Origin: Bacteroidota bacterium
GTDB lineage: Bacteria; Bacteroidota; Bacteroidia; Chitinophagales; JADJOU01
Length of the DNA: 64,000 bases
Reading direction: 5' to 3'
NCBI GenBank assembly: GCA_016713645.1
Contig: JADJOU010000005.1
Span: 85,000 to 148,999, forward strand
Part shown: one piece after another, positions 38,897 to 49,190 of the stretch
How positions within the stretch are numbered: the stretch's first letter is position 1
Layout: each line of letters begins with the position of its first letter
Made by a program: the position numbers and the translations under genes
The notes under the pieces: generated by a model
Database searches by the model: none
What the model was told of the DNA's origin: nothing
The model's input: the letters and a program-made list of their open reading frames with translations, nothing else

Positions 38897-39595
38897 ATGA
38901 ATTATTCAGAGAATAAGCTCTCCATCAAGCAATGGCATGAGGATGATCAACCGCGTGAAAAACTCATGCTCAAAGGAAGCAATGCGTTAAGTGATTCAGA
39001 ATTATTGGCAATTTTAATTGGCTCAGGGAATAGAGAGGAATCTGCACTAGCCCTTTGCAAAAGAATCCTGCACGATGTGTCAAACGATTTAAATCACTTA
39101 GGGCGATTAAACATCAAAAAACTGATGAGCTATAAGGGGATTGGAGAAGCAAAGGCTATCACAATTGCAGCAGCGCTTGAACTAGGAAAACGTCGTCGCG
39201 AAAGCAGTCCCAAAGAAAAACCCATCATTCGTAATTCTAACGAAGCGTACAATGCCATCGCTTATCTTTTAGAGGATCTTGCAATGGAAGAATTTTGGCT
39301 TATTCACCTCAACCACGGAGCGCGCCTCACAAAACTTGAGCGCATCAGCATTGGCGGAATTGCCGCTACCATAGTCGACTTAAAACTAATTGGAAAGACC
39401 TGTCTTGAAAACCTCACCTCTTCAGTCATTCTCTGCCACAATCATCCCTCTGGCAATTTGCAGCCGAGTGAACAAGACAATAAATTAACCAAAAAAATTC
39501 AAGAGGCGCTATTGCTGTTTGATATTGCCGTGAGAGATCACATCATTATTGGGGGAAAGGGCTATTATAGCTATGCCGATAATGGGAACCTCTAA
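38897..39595 (+). CDS. radC: RadC-family JAB-domain protein
   Basis: LSDSELLAILIGSG, GIGEAKAITIAAALELGKR, HNHPSGNLQPSEQD (JAMM). Confidence 0.85.
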   Translation: MNYSENKLSIKQWHEDDQPREKLMLKGSNALSDSELLAILIGSGNREESALALCKRILHDVSNDLNHLGRLNIKKLMSYKGIGEAKAITIAAALELGKRRRESSPKEKPIIRNSNEAYNAIAYLLEDLAMEEFWLIHLNHGARLTKLERISIGGIAATIVDLKLIGKTCLENLTSSVILCHNHPSGNLQPSEQDNKLTKKIQEALLLFDIAVRDHIIIGGKGYYSYADNGNL

Positions 39596-40344
39596 AAAAA
39601 CAATTCGCGATTGTTTAAAACATAATCCAAATCCTCAGGCGTATCTATAGATTTAGCTTCATGCAATGTCTCTGCGACATGAATATTAAACCCATTCTCC
39701 ATCCACCTCAATTGTTCTAGCGATTCTATTCTCTCTAAGGAAGACATCGGCAATTTGACTATCTGCTTTAATATTCTCGGCAAATAGCCATAGATTCCAA
39801 TATGTTTGTAATAATGCCCGTCTGATAGCCATTCCTGCGGCTCGGCATTTCTGTTAAATGGAATTGGGCTTCTGCTAAAATACAAGGCTCGTTGATTCAC
39901 ATCGCAGACGACCTTAACCACGCCATGATTCAACAACAATTCAAGCGAATCAATCTTTTTCTTCAGTGTGCCGATTTCTACTGTGGGGTTTGATTGAAAA
40001 CATGTGACCAATGCACTAATTTGCAATGGATTGATAAAAGGCTCATCCCCTTGAATATTAATCACTAAATCATAGGAATTCTCCATTGCTTCCATAACTT
40101 CAGCGCAGCGCTCTGTTCCATTCTGATGGGCAGGCGATGTCAAAACCACCCTCCCTTTAAAGGCCTCAACATGCGACTTAATTCGCTCATCATCCGTAGC
40201 AACGATGATATCAGTCATTTCTCGGCATAGCATAGATTGCTCATAAACCCGCTGAATCATCGACTTCCCTTCAATATCAATCAATGGTTTGCCCGGAAAT
40301 CTCGAGGATGAATACCTAGCTGGAATTATTCCCAATACCCTCAT
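39592..40344 (-). CDS. kdsB: 3-deoxy-manno-octulosonate cytidylyltransferase
   Basis: Start chosen at ATG 40344 (MRVLGIIPARYSSSRFPGKPL). Contains VINIQGDEPFI and LEQLRWMENG. The track ORF extends to 40440, but the extension is not homologous. Confidence 0.9.
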   Translation of the reverse strand: MRVLGIIPARYSSSRFPGKPLIDIEGKSMIQRVYEQSMLCREMTDIIVATDDERIKSHVEAFKGRVVLTSPAHQNGTERCAEVMEAMENSYDLVINIQGDEPFINPLQISALVTCFQSNPTVEIGTLKKKIDSLELLLNHGVVKVVCDVNQRALYFSRSPIPFNRNAEPQEWLSDGHYYKHIGIYGYLPRILKQIVKLPMSSLERIESLEQLRWMENGFNIHVAETLHEAKSIDTPEDLDYVLNNRELFF

Positions 40345-40431
40345 ATTAAAATAGTTTTTACAAATTAACAAAACAATCCTGACAATTTGATTGTTTTGAT
40401 GTTCTTTTGTAATTAAACTCCAAGAAAGGAA

Positions 40432-41809
40432 ATGATTCATTTGTACTTCTTTGCTTTTATTTTATTAGGCGGCAAACCCTACCATGTGGTGAAGAAAGGA
40501 GAGACATTATACAGTATTTCTAAAGAATACCATTTCAGCATAGAAGATATCAGGGCAAAGAATAAAATGACAGAGGCCAGTATAATCGCAATAGGGGATA
40601 CGATTTTCTTCCCTACGGAAGAGGAGATTGAAAAGAAAGAAGAGCAATACATTTTTCATATTGTTCAAAAGGGAGAAACGATTTTTTGGATTTCAAGAAA
40701 CAATACACAAATCTCCTTTGACGAATTGATCAAACTCAACCATATCAATAGCAATTTTGAAATCAACGTAGGACAAAAAATCATCATCGGCTATAAAAAA
40801 AAGGAAAACACCACTCCTAAAGAAGTGTTGAAGCCCGACCAAAAAAATAACTACACAGACATAAAGCCAAAGCCAATTGCAGTTAAAGAGCAAAGCGGCA
40901 AAAAGCCAAACCCCAGACCAGGCCCTAAAGATCATTGCCAAACCAAACTGTCCCTTCAAAACAGATTAGCCCCTTAAAAACCGATTCAACAAATCGCTCA
41001 AACCAAACGACTAATTGACCCCTATAAAAAAGATACAATTAGCAAACAAAAGCCACTGCCTTCCATTGCGAAAACCAGACCATTTAAAAGCCTCACCTGC
41101 TTTAAGAAAGTACAATAATCGTGAAGAAAGAAGTCACGGCATCAAATTGGATTCCATAAAACAAAAGCCATCCGACCATTTAAAAATCCCTGCACCCGCT
41201 TTAAAGAAAGATACGATTATCGCAAAAAAGCAAATCGCTGTTATCAAAATAGATTCCACTAAAACAAAAGCTCCACTGCCTTCCATTGCGAAACAACCAG
41301 ACCATTTAAAAGTACCTGCACCTGCTTTAAAGAAAGATACGATTATCGTGAAGAAAGAAGTCACGGCAATCAAGTTAGATTCCACTAAAACAAAAGCGCC
41401 ACTGCCTTCCATTGCGAAACAACCAGACCATTTAAAAGTGCCTGCGCCGATGGTAAAGAAGGATACAATTTCAATCCAAAAAATTGCTAAAGCAATAGAT
41501 ACAAATAAAATTGCAGAGGAACAGCATGATTACCAAAAACTCTTTGAAAATGAACAAAAAGGGAAGAGCAATAAATGTCTTGCCGCTAGCCTCAATTCTG
41601 GTAAAGATTTTGCCCTCTACAACGATGCAGCAGTTGGATCCTACATCAAAGTGCGCAATCTCAAAACCAATTTGTCTACTTACCTCAAAGTAATAGGTAA
41701 ACTCCCTAATTTGAGCAGAGAAAAACAAGTCTGCTTAAAAATGTCACAAGCGGCCTCTGATAAAATTTCCGCAACTGGAAAAATGTTTCTCGTTGAAATT
41801 GAGCACTAG
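40432..41809 (+). pseudogene. LysM x2 - K/P-rich 42-aa tandem repeat - C-terminal globular domain protein, broken into two ORFs (40432..40977, 41015..41809) with several internal frame changes
   Basis: LysM units YHVVKKGETLYSISKEY..IGDTIFFP and FHIVQKGETIFWISRNN..VGQKIIIG. Repeats are KQPDHLKVPAPALKKDTIIVKKEVTAIKLDSTKTKAPLPSIA. C-terminus FALYNDAAVGSYIKVRNLKTNLSTYLKVIGKLP..LKMSQAASDKI resembles an RlpA-like DPBB domain (low confidence). Confidence 0.65.
41027..41475 (+). repeat. 126-bp (42-codon) tandem repeats inside the LysM gene, about 4 units
   Basis: The GAC of the PDHLK motif falls at 41078, 41174, 41300 and 41426. The last two periods are exactly 126 bp. The first unit is 30 bp short (a 27-bp gap plus three 1-nt deletions). 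Confidence 0.85.
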
Positions 41810-41896
41810 TTGAGTATAGGTCATTAATGATAATTAACAGAGAGAATCCCTCTTTAAATCCATAAATATCCTATCTTGGTCGCGAAATAGAAGAAT

Positions 41897-42865
41897 TTGA
41901 AAGTCCCAGCAATCATAAAAGAAAATCAAAAAACACTTATCGTCGCTTTCAAATTGATTGTATTCAGTTTGCTCGTCTATAATATCTACCAGAAGCTCGC
42001 GGAAAAAGGTTTTAACGAAGCGCTTGAAAATTTCAAAAAAGAGTTTAACGTTTCTTATTTATGGTACTTAATTCCTGTATTCATACTCATGTTTATCAAT
42101 TGGGGATTAGAGGCATGGAAGTGGTGGATTGCCACTAAATATATTGAAGATATCAGTTATTGGCAGGCATATAAAGCCATATTTATCGGTACAGCAATCA
42201 ATCAAATATTGCCCATTGGCGCTGGAGAAGTAGCGGGAAGATCTCTCATGCACAGTGCGGGCAAAAAATGGAAAGCCGCTGCGATGACCTACTTTTCTCA
42301 AATGCCTCAAAAAACAATCACCATGCTCATAGGAGTTGGTTTTTTAGTCTATGTTTTAAATCAAAATTGGCTTGAGGGGCAATTCATGTATTGGCTCATT
42401 TGGATTGGTCTCATCGACTCTATTATTTGGTATATTCCCTTTTTCCATGCCAAGACAATTATTCCATGGATTAGAAAAATTTCGTTCTTAGAAAAAGTGG
42501 CGGTTTATCTGCAAGAGATAGAAGATTTCAAGACAAGTGATAAGTGGAAAATTTACGCCATCTCTGCAATGCGTTGGGGTGTATTTACGCTCCAATACGT
42601 TATCGTGTCGTACATTTTTTTCAATGATATCAACTTCTATTATTATTTCTCGCTTTGCGCTGTCAATTTCCTTTTACAATCCGTTATTCCCTCAGCGGGC
42701 TTTTTAGATTTGGGCATACGCGGAAATTTAGCATTCATGGCTTTTGCCCCCTTGATGGAAAATCAAATGGGGATATTGTCTGTATCTTATTTAATATGGA
42801 TAATCAATTTATTGATCCCCTCTGCCATCGGATATTTCTTCTTGTTACGGATGAAACAAGTATAG
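41897..42865 (+). CDS. polytopic membrane protein, UPF0104 / flippase-like (lysyl-PG synthase TM region) family
   Basis: LEAWKWWIATKYI..FIGTAINQILPIGAGEVAGR resembles the UPF0104 signature. About 8 TM segments. TTG start. Confidence 0.55.
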   Translation: MKVPAIIKENQKTLIVAFKLIVFSLLVYNIYQKLAEKGFNEALENFKKEFNVSYLWYLIPVFILMFINWGLEAWKWWIATKYIEDISYWQAYKAIFIGTAINQILPIGAGEVAGRSLMHSAGKKWKAAAMTYFSQMPQKTITMLIGVGFLVYVLNQNWLEGQFMYWLIWIGLIDSIIWYIPFFHAKTIIPWIRKISFLEKVAVYLQEIEDFKTSDKWKIYAISAMRWGVFTLQYVIVSYIFFNDINFYYYFSLCAVNFLLQSVIPSAGFLDLGIRGNLAFMAFAPLMENQMGILSVSYLIWIINLLIPSAIGYFFLLRMKQV

Positions 42866-42876
42866 ACAACCATTAT

Positions 42877-43995
42877 TTACTTTCGCTTTAATTTAGCCAT
42901 ATAGAATCCATCAGTATTGTCTATATGCGCATACAATTGTCTATCCTCTATCAATTCAAAGTCTGCATGATTCGCTAGAAAATAATCTACTTGCCCTCTA
43001 TTCTCAGAGGGAAGAATACTGCAAGTGGAATACACCATTGTACCACCTGGCTTTAGCATCATGGAATATCGATCTAATATTTCTCTCTGTGTTTTTGTTT
43101 TATCTGCGAGATATGCCTTTGTCATTCTATACTTGATCTCAGGCTGTCTGCGTATCGTTCCTGAACCTGTGCAGGGCACATCCAACAAAAGATAATCCGC
43201 CATCGCCTCCATGTCTTTGATGAGTCCTCCTTTAATCGTCTTCACAATAATATTTGTTGCGCCATTGCGTTTAGCGCGGAGTTTTATATTATTGAGCTTT
43301 GCCTCTTCAACATCAAGCGCGATAATATTTCCTGTATTCTTCATGATATTTGATAGGTGCAGAGATTTGCCTCCTGCCCCAGCACATGCATCAATGACCA
43401 AACTATTTGGGCTAGGATTTAAAAATGATCCTATCATCTGCGACCCCAAATCCTGAAACTCAAAGAGCCCCTGAACATATAGTGGATTGTCCTTGGCTTG
43501 AATGCGCTTTTCTAATATCAGCGCATCAGCAACTACTCGATGCTCAATTTCCAACTTTTTCAATTGGGAACTCAACTTAGCGAGGTTCGTTTTTTCGGTG
43601 TTTACACGAATATAGATGGGCGCTTCACCATGACAAGCCACCATTTCCTTTTGCCAAATATCCAAGTCCAATTCTTCATTTAATATCTTCAGAAAATCAT
43701 CTGGAATAGAATATGCTTCTTCAAAGGGCTCGTCTGAGCGCAATACAACTTCTTGATGTTCCCAATAATATTCGATAATCTCTTTCAAATTTTCAGACTT
43801 CGCATTGGATGAATAATGTCGCAAATTGCGAATGATGTCATATGCTGCTTTTGCAATACTCCTCCTATCTCTTCCTCCCCATTTCGGATTTGATTTAAGA
43901 ACCAGTTTAACCGCAAAATCGGCACTAACTTGTTCATCTATCACTTTACTTATGATCGAACGAATGCCGTCGATATAATTTGCGTGTAATTTCAT
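42877..43995 (-). CDS. RsmB/NOP-family SAM-dependent RNA m5C methyltransferase
   Basis: DACAGAGGKSLHL, LLDVPCTGSGTIRRQPEIKY, PGGTMVYSTCSILPSEN. Confidence 0.85.
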   Translation of the reverse strand: MKLHANYIDGIRSIISKVIDEQVSADFAVKLVLKSNPKWGGRDRRSIAKAAYDIIRNLRHYSSNAKSENLKEIIEYYWEHQEVVLRSDEPFEEAYSIPDDFLKILNEELDLDIWQKEMVACHGEAPIYIRVNTEKTNLAKLSSQLKKLEIEHRVVADALILEKRIQAKDNPLYVQGLFEFQDLGSQMIGSFLNPSPNSLVIDACAGAGGKSLHLSNIMKNTGNIIALDVEEAKLNNIKLRAKRNGATNIIVKTIKGGLIKDMEAMADYLLLDVPCTGSGTIRRQPEIKYRMTKAYLADKTKTQREILDRYSMMLKPGGTMVYSTCSILPSENRGQVDYFLANHADFELIEDRQLYAHIDNTDGFYMAKLKRK

Positions 43996-43997
43996 AC

Positions 43998-45401
43998 TTA
44001 AAAATTGGTTTTAGGCAAATGTATAATAAACTTAGCCCCCATGCCCAATGAAGATTCAATTCTAATAGTTCCGCGCATTTTTTCTACAATCCTTTGACAG
44101 ATAGATAAGCCAATTCCTGTGCCTTCAATTTCTTTCACATTGTTTGCTCTATAAAATATATTAAACACTTTGTCTTGTTCGTCAAATTCAATTCCCATTC
44201 CGTTGTCTTCAAAAATCAAATTAAAAAATGTTCCATCATTTTCATAGTCAATCTTTATGATAGGATCTAAAGCTGATCGATACTTTATTCCATTGGAAAT
44301 CAAATTTTGGAATAGGCTAATCAATTCACTCTGATTGCCTTCGATGGCAGGCAAGTCTTCATAGATTATCTTTGCGTTCGATTCTTGTATACGGTCTTGT
44401 AAATTCCCCTCTACGATTTTAATGACTTCTTTTAAATCAACTTTTGTGTTGACCAATTTTTTATTATTCACCCTAGAAAATTCTAAAAGGTCTTCGAGCA
44501 TTAAATTCATTCTCCACAGATTCTTTTTAATTTGCTCGAGCATAGTCAATTCTCTGCTAGTAGAGAAATTTTGCTTATTCTCCAATAAAATCGTGGAAAA
44601 ATTATTTGATATGCGCAATGGTTCTCTTAGGTCATGTGAAATTGTATACACAAAATTCTGCAATTCATCATTGGCCACTTTCAAATTCGACTCAGAGACA
44701 ATCAATTTTTCATTAATCGCCGCCAAGGCTCTATTAGCATAATGCAATTTTGATTGAGAATAATAGTTGCTCCTCCATAATTTAAATTGCAAATCACTCA
44801 AATAGACAATAATTACTTGTATCCCAGCAAATGAAAACCAATGTACAATGGCCTGCTCGAAAGAAATTCCTGTATAGTAAAGCATCACGCAATACATCAT
44901 ATTGATCACAAAATTTGCAATTGCCCTCTGTTGAAAATTGACAATGACAATAAAATTGATGCAGACAATAAATATTCTAAATGAACTCTCTTTGGCAAAA
45001 TGGAGTATCTCTGTATAGCCTGATATTAAAATTGTAAACAAGACAAATAATACAATCAGGTTTACAATAAACATATTTCGATTATAATGCTTGAAATGCT
45101 CTTCTCGATTTTTACATTTTATCAAAAAGTAAAATGCCAATGTGCAGCACAAAAGAATGTTGCCCACTTTCTCTATGCTGTGCATATAATCCATTGCTAT
45201 AACGCGATTGAATTCTCCATATATATCTTTCAGTACAAAAAATATAGATCCAATCGATAATGCGATGACACTGTATCGAATCTTGATGGTATTTTCATAA
45301 GCAATCTCCTTTCCAAAATCCGTTAAGGTATGCTTATCGATTCTCGACCCCATCATGAGAATCCTAAGATTATACCAGAATTTTTGGAATTTCTTATTCA
45401 T
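43998..45401 (-). CDS. sensor histidine kinase with polytopic N-terminal domain
   Basis: About 6 TM segments; HisKA FVYTISHDLREPLR; HATPase EDNGMGI..GTGIGLSICQRIVEKMRGTIRIES. Confidence 0.85.
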   Translation of the reverse strand: MNKKFQKFWYNLRILMMGSRIDKHTLTDFGKEIAYENTIKIRYSVIALSIGSIFFVLKDIYGEFNRVIAMDYMHSIEKVGNILLCCTLAFYFLIKCKNREEHFKHYNRNMFIVNLIVLFVLFTILISGYTEILHFAKESSFRIFIVCINFIVIVNFQQRAIANFVINMMYCVMLYYTGISFEQAIVHWFSFAGIQVIIVYLSDLQFKLWRSNYYSQSKLHYANRALAAINEKLIVSESNLKVANDELQNFVYTISHDLREPLRISNNFSTILLENKQNFSTSRELTMLEQIKKNLWRMNLMLEDLLEFSRVNNKKLVNTKVDLKEVIKIVEGNLQDRIQESNAKIIYEDLPAIEGNQSELISLFQNLISNGIKYRSALDPIIKIDYENDGTFFNLIFEDNGMGIEFDEQDKVFNIFYRANNVKEIEGTGIGLSICQRIVEKMRGTIRIESSLGMGAKFIIHLPKTNF

Positions 45402-45415
45402 TGCTTAAATTAGAA

Positions 45416-48400
45416 TTAATTTTCTAAACTTCTAAAGTCAACCGGAACAACACGAGAGACGCCTTGTTCGAGCATCGTGACGCCATAAATTACATCAACC
45501 GACGCCATCGTCTGCTTATTGTGCGTGACAATAATAAATTGAGAATCTTGAGAAAACTTCTGAATGATATTATTGAACTTGGCAATATTCGTATCATCCA
45601 ATGGCGCATCGACTTCATCAAAAATACAGAATGGTGCCGGTTTTAGCAAATATAAAGAAAACAACAATGCTGTCGCCGTTAGCGTTTTTTCTCCTCCCGA
45701 TAATTGTGAAATCGTGAGAGGCCTTTTCCCCTTTGGCTTCGCAATAATTTCAATGGATGCCTCTAATGGATTATCCGTATCAGAGAGTATGAGGTCGCAA
45801 TCATCGTCTTGCGTAAAAAGTATTCTAAAGGTATGGATAAAATTCTCGCGAACTTTTGTAAATGCCTCCATAAATTGAACCTTCGCTGTACTATCTATTT
45901 CTTTAATTGTTGAAAGTAAATTTCCTTTCGCCTCCAATAAATCCTTTTTTTGATTGATGAGGAAATCATAGCGCTCTTTAATTTCATTGTATGCTTCGAT
46001 TGCCATCGGATTGACTTCTCCGAATCCCTCTACTTTCTTTTTTATATTCTTTACTTCCTCGTCCAATTGCTCCTCGGTCTTTTCCGATACAATCTCTTGA
46101 TTCAGTAAATCATTTATATCTACGCCAAACTCTATGCTCAGTCGCTCTTTCACTGAATTAATATCCAATTTCAATTCATTGAGTTTATGCTGAATATCAT
46201 TGATCAATTGATTCAAAAGATCGCGTTGTCTATTTTTTTCACGCAATTCATTTTCCAATTCCCCGATCTCACCTCTGCTCTTATAATATAAAGTTTCTGA
46301 CTCTTCTACTTCTTTTTCTATTCCTCCTTTATTGTCATACTTACTCAATAACTCGCCTTCTAATTCTTTAAGGCCAATTCGATTTTCTTCTAACAACTTC
46401 GATGTTTGGAGGATGACTTCTTCGCTGCGCTTTAATTGACCTTGAAAATTCGCCAATTGCGTTTTCTTGAATGTCTCCTCTTGCAAACTAGATCTCAATT
46501 CATTTTGCAATTGAATCAATAGGATATTCTTTTGATTAAATGCCGCACTCGCTTCATTGAGCTGATAGGTATACTCCACAAACTCCTTATCAAAGACCTC
46601 TATCTTATTCTTTAAGCTATCCTGTTCTGATTTTAATTGATTGGACTTGCCTTCCAATTCTTCATTAATTTTAGATAGATTCAAGACATTTTCATCCAAT
46701 ACCGCCACTTTATTCTCACCACCTTCTATAAAAGACTGAAAGTTTTGAATATTGGTATTGTACTTTGTAAACTCCTGCATCACAGAATTTTGCTCTATTT
46801 GAAGTGCATTGATTGCTGACTTATTTGATGCATTCTTATAATCGATGAGCGATTCTTGCAACTGCTTAATTTCTTTCTCTTTGCTGGTGCAAGTTCTCTC
46901 TAGATCTTCAATCTCTTGCTTTAAAATCTCTAAATTTTTTGCCCTCCCAATTCGCTTTCCTTCAAAAAGACCCACAGCTCCTCCTGATAGAGAGAGCGGC
47001 CGCGATATGAATTTTCCACTTTTGCTCAATACGATGACTCCATCTTTTCCCAGTTTTTCAATTTCTGCTTCTTGATTGATGTCTCCAATATATACGTTTG
47101 CCAATAGATGCTGAATCAGCTTTTGATATGCCTTATCAATCTCCAAAACTTCCAATGCGGAAATCAAGCCCTGCTTTATTTCAATGCTTGGCGCTTTTAT
47201 AGAATTAATTTTATCTAATACAAAGAAATTCGCTTTGCCTTTTGCGCTATCATGCAATAGATTCACTGCGGCTACAGCATCGCCCAATGTTTGAACGATA
47301 TAATAAGTCAGATATGGCTCTAGAAAATTTTCAATAGGGATTCTATATTCCTCTTTGCACAAGAGAATGTCGGATAATAGCGGCGCGACCTCCATCACTT
47401 TCGAGTTCTTTTTCAAGAATTTTATTGCCTCTGGAAATCCCTCCAAATTATCCACCATGCTTTTGGTGAGGTTATACTCATTCTTCTTCGAATCTAATTT
47501 CCTATTCTCTATGGCAATCTCGTGTTTGCTCTTCTCTACATTCTTTTCAGTCAAAAGTATTTTCTCATTCAGGATTTCTTCCTGCGCCATATACTTTGTC
47601 AAATCAGCCTCTAGGCGTTGCTTGTTTTGCTCAATCAAGGCAAAGCCTTTCTGCAACATAACCATCTCCTCTTGCTTAAACATTCTCTCTTGAAGCAATT
47701 GTTCTTTCTCTCGTTTGAAATTTTCGACGTTTGATTTATTAATCGCCAATTTCTTTTCTATTTCATATAAATTCTTTTCATTCTCACTGAACAACTTTTT
47801 TTCTTCATCCAATTCACTCTTAACGGATGAATTTTTGCTTTTTATTAATTGCAATTGCTCATTGTAAATCTCAATTTCTTCTTGCGCTTTTGCACTGAGC
47901 AATTCGCGTTCAGCGATAATTGCTTGACCATTGGTCAATTCAACCTGAATGCGTTCTATCATATCATTCGCCTCCGCAATCTGTCTATTTGACTCTTCTA
48001 CCTTCTCCTCAGCAAACCGAATTTGTTCTTTCAACAAATTGCGCTTATTCTCATTCACTCCTAAGCCACTAATCAATTCATTCAATTTTTTCTGCACCTC
48101 AGCTAAGCGTTTTTCACTTTCTAAACTACCCAATTTTTTTTGCTGCAGATTTGCCTCCATCGCATTCAAACTCGCGTCCAATTGGGTTTTATTATCCGAC
48201 TCTTTTTGGATACTCTCTTTCAGTGAACTGAAAATAGTCTTGTGATTCTGCAGTTTATACTTTGTCAACTCGAGGGAATTCACTTTGTACTCCTCGCGCA
48301 GTTTCACATATCGCTCTGCTTTTCTCGCTTGGCTCTCTAATGATTTTAAATTCTTTTCAATTTCAAATAAAAGATCTTCTAAACGAGTAAGGTCTTCTTC

Positions 48401-48952
48401 CGTTCCCTTTAATTTGTTTAGTGTTTCTTTCTTTCTAATCTTATACTTGGAAACACCTGCTGCTTGTTCAAATAATTTTCTTCTCGAATGTTCTCTATCT
48501 TGAAGGATTTCATCCACCATACCCAATTCGATAATTGCGTAAGAATCAGTGCCGATACCTGTATCTAGAAAAAAATTATGAATATCCTTTAATCTGCACT
48601 GAACATCGTTAATCCGATATTCGCTTTCACCATCTCTAAAGAGCTTTCTAGTTATAGTGACCGTTGAATACTCTGTAGGGATTAAATTCTTGGTATTCTC
48701 GAAGGTGAGGGAAACTTCTGCAAGCCCAGCTGGTTTGCGTTGTTTTGTTCCATTGAAAATGACATTGTCCATTTTCTCCAAGCGCAATTGGGAAATTTTC
48801 TGTTCTCCTAAGACCCATCGGATACTATCGACGACGTTGCTCTTTCCACATCCATTCGGTCCAACAATTCCTGTGATATTATCGTTAAAATTAATTACTG
48901 TTTTTTCAGCAAAACTTTTAAATCCTTTAATTTCTAATTTTGATAAGCGCAT
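45416..48952 (-). CDS. smc: chromosome segregation protein SMC
   Basis: MRLSKLEIKGFKSFAEKTVINF..GIVGPNGCGKSNVVDSIRWVLGEQ, long coiled coils, hinge, LSGGEKTLTATALLFSLYLLKPAPFCIFDEVDAPLD. Confidence 0.95.
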   Translation of the reverse strand: MRLSKLEIKGFKSFAEKTVINFNDNITGIVGPNGCGKSNVVDSIRWVLGEQKISQLRLEKMDNVIFNGTKQRKPAGLAEVSLTFENTKNLIPTEYSTVTITRKLFRDGESEYRINDVQCRLKDIHNFFLDTGIGTDSYAIIELGMVDEILQDREHSRRKLFEQAAGVSKYKIRKKETLNKLKGTEEDLTRLEDLLFEIEKNLKSLESQARKAERYVKLREEYKVNSLELTKYKLQNHKTIFSSLKESIQKESDNKTQLDASLNAMEANLQQKKLGSLESEKRLAEVQKKLNELISGLGVNENKRNLLKEQIRFAEEKVEESNRQIAEANDMIERIQVELTNGQAIIAERELLSAKAQEEIEIYNEQLQLIKSKNSSVKSELDEEKKLFSENEKNLYEIEKKLAINKSNVENFKREKEQLLQERMFKQEEMVMLQKGFALIEQNKQRLEADLTKYMAQEEILNEKILLTEKNVEKSKHEIAIENRKLDSKKNEYNLTKSMVDNLEGFPEAIKFLKKNSKVMEVAPLLSDILLCKEEYRIPIENFLEPYLTYYIVQTLGDAVAAVNLLHDSAKGKANFFVLDKINSIKAPSIEIKQGLISALEVLEIDKAYQKLIQHLLANVYIGDINQEAEIEKLGKDGVIVLSKSGKFISRPLSLSGGAVGLFEGKRIGRAKNLEILKQEIEDLERTCTSKEKEIKQLQESLIDYKNASNKSAINALQIEQNSVMQEFTKYNTNIQNFQSFIEGGENKVAVLDENVLNLSKINEELEGKSNQLKSEQDSLKNKIEVFDKEFVEYTYQLNEASAAFNQKNILLIQLQNELRSSLQEETFKKTQLANFQGQLKRSEEVILQTSKLLEENRIGLKELEGELLSKYDNKGGIEKEVEESETLYYKSRGEIGELENELREKNRQRDLLNQLINDIQHKLNELKLDINSVKERLSIEFGVDINDLLNQEIVSEKTEEQLDEEVKNIKKKVEGFGEVNPMAIEAYNEIKERYDFLINQKKDLLEAKGNLLSTIKEIDSTAKVQFMEAFTKVRENFIHTFRILFTQDDDCDLILSDTDNPLEASIEIIAKPKGKRPLTISQLSGGEKTLTATALLFSLYLLKPAPFCIFDEVDAPLDDTNIAKFNNIIQKFSQDSQFIIVTHNKQTMASVDVIYGVTMLEQGVSRVVPVDFRSLEN

Positions 48953-49017
48953 AATTTCTCAACTAACTCCTTAATTAATTTCTAAGATTCCCAATATTTA
49001 AAGGGGTTTAAAGATAG

Positions 49018-49051
49018 AAATTTGAAACTCAAAACGCAATTTTGTTTTGAG
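49018..49051 (-). terminator. possible intrinsic terminator after xth
   Basis: Perfect 8-bp stem CTCAAAAC (49028-49035) / GTTTTGAG (49044-49051). On the minus strand it is followed by tttcaaatttc. The T-tract is weak. Confidence 0.4.
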
Positions 49052-49190
49052 AATATCTCCTTTTTGGTGTTAAATAAATATTGGACTTGTGAGTAGCGAG
49101 TGCGAGATTCCCCTTGGATAATATATCCTAGATTGGATGTTCAATTGCCATTAATTGTTTCTAAATCAATTAAATAGGACATATATAGAT

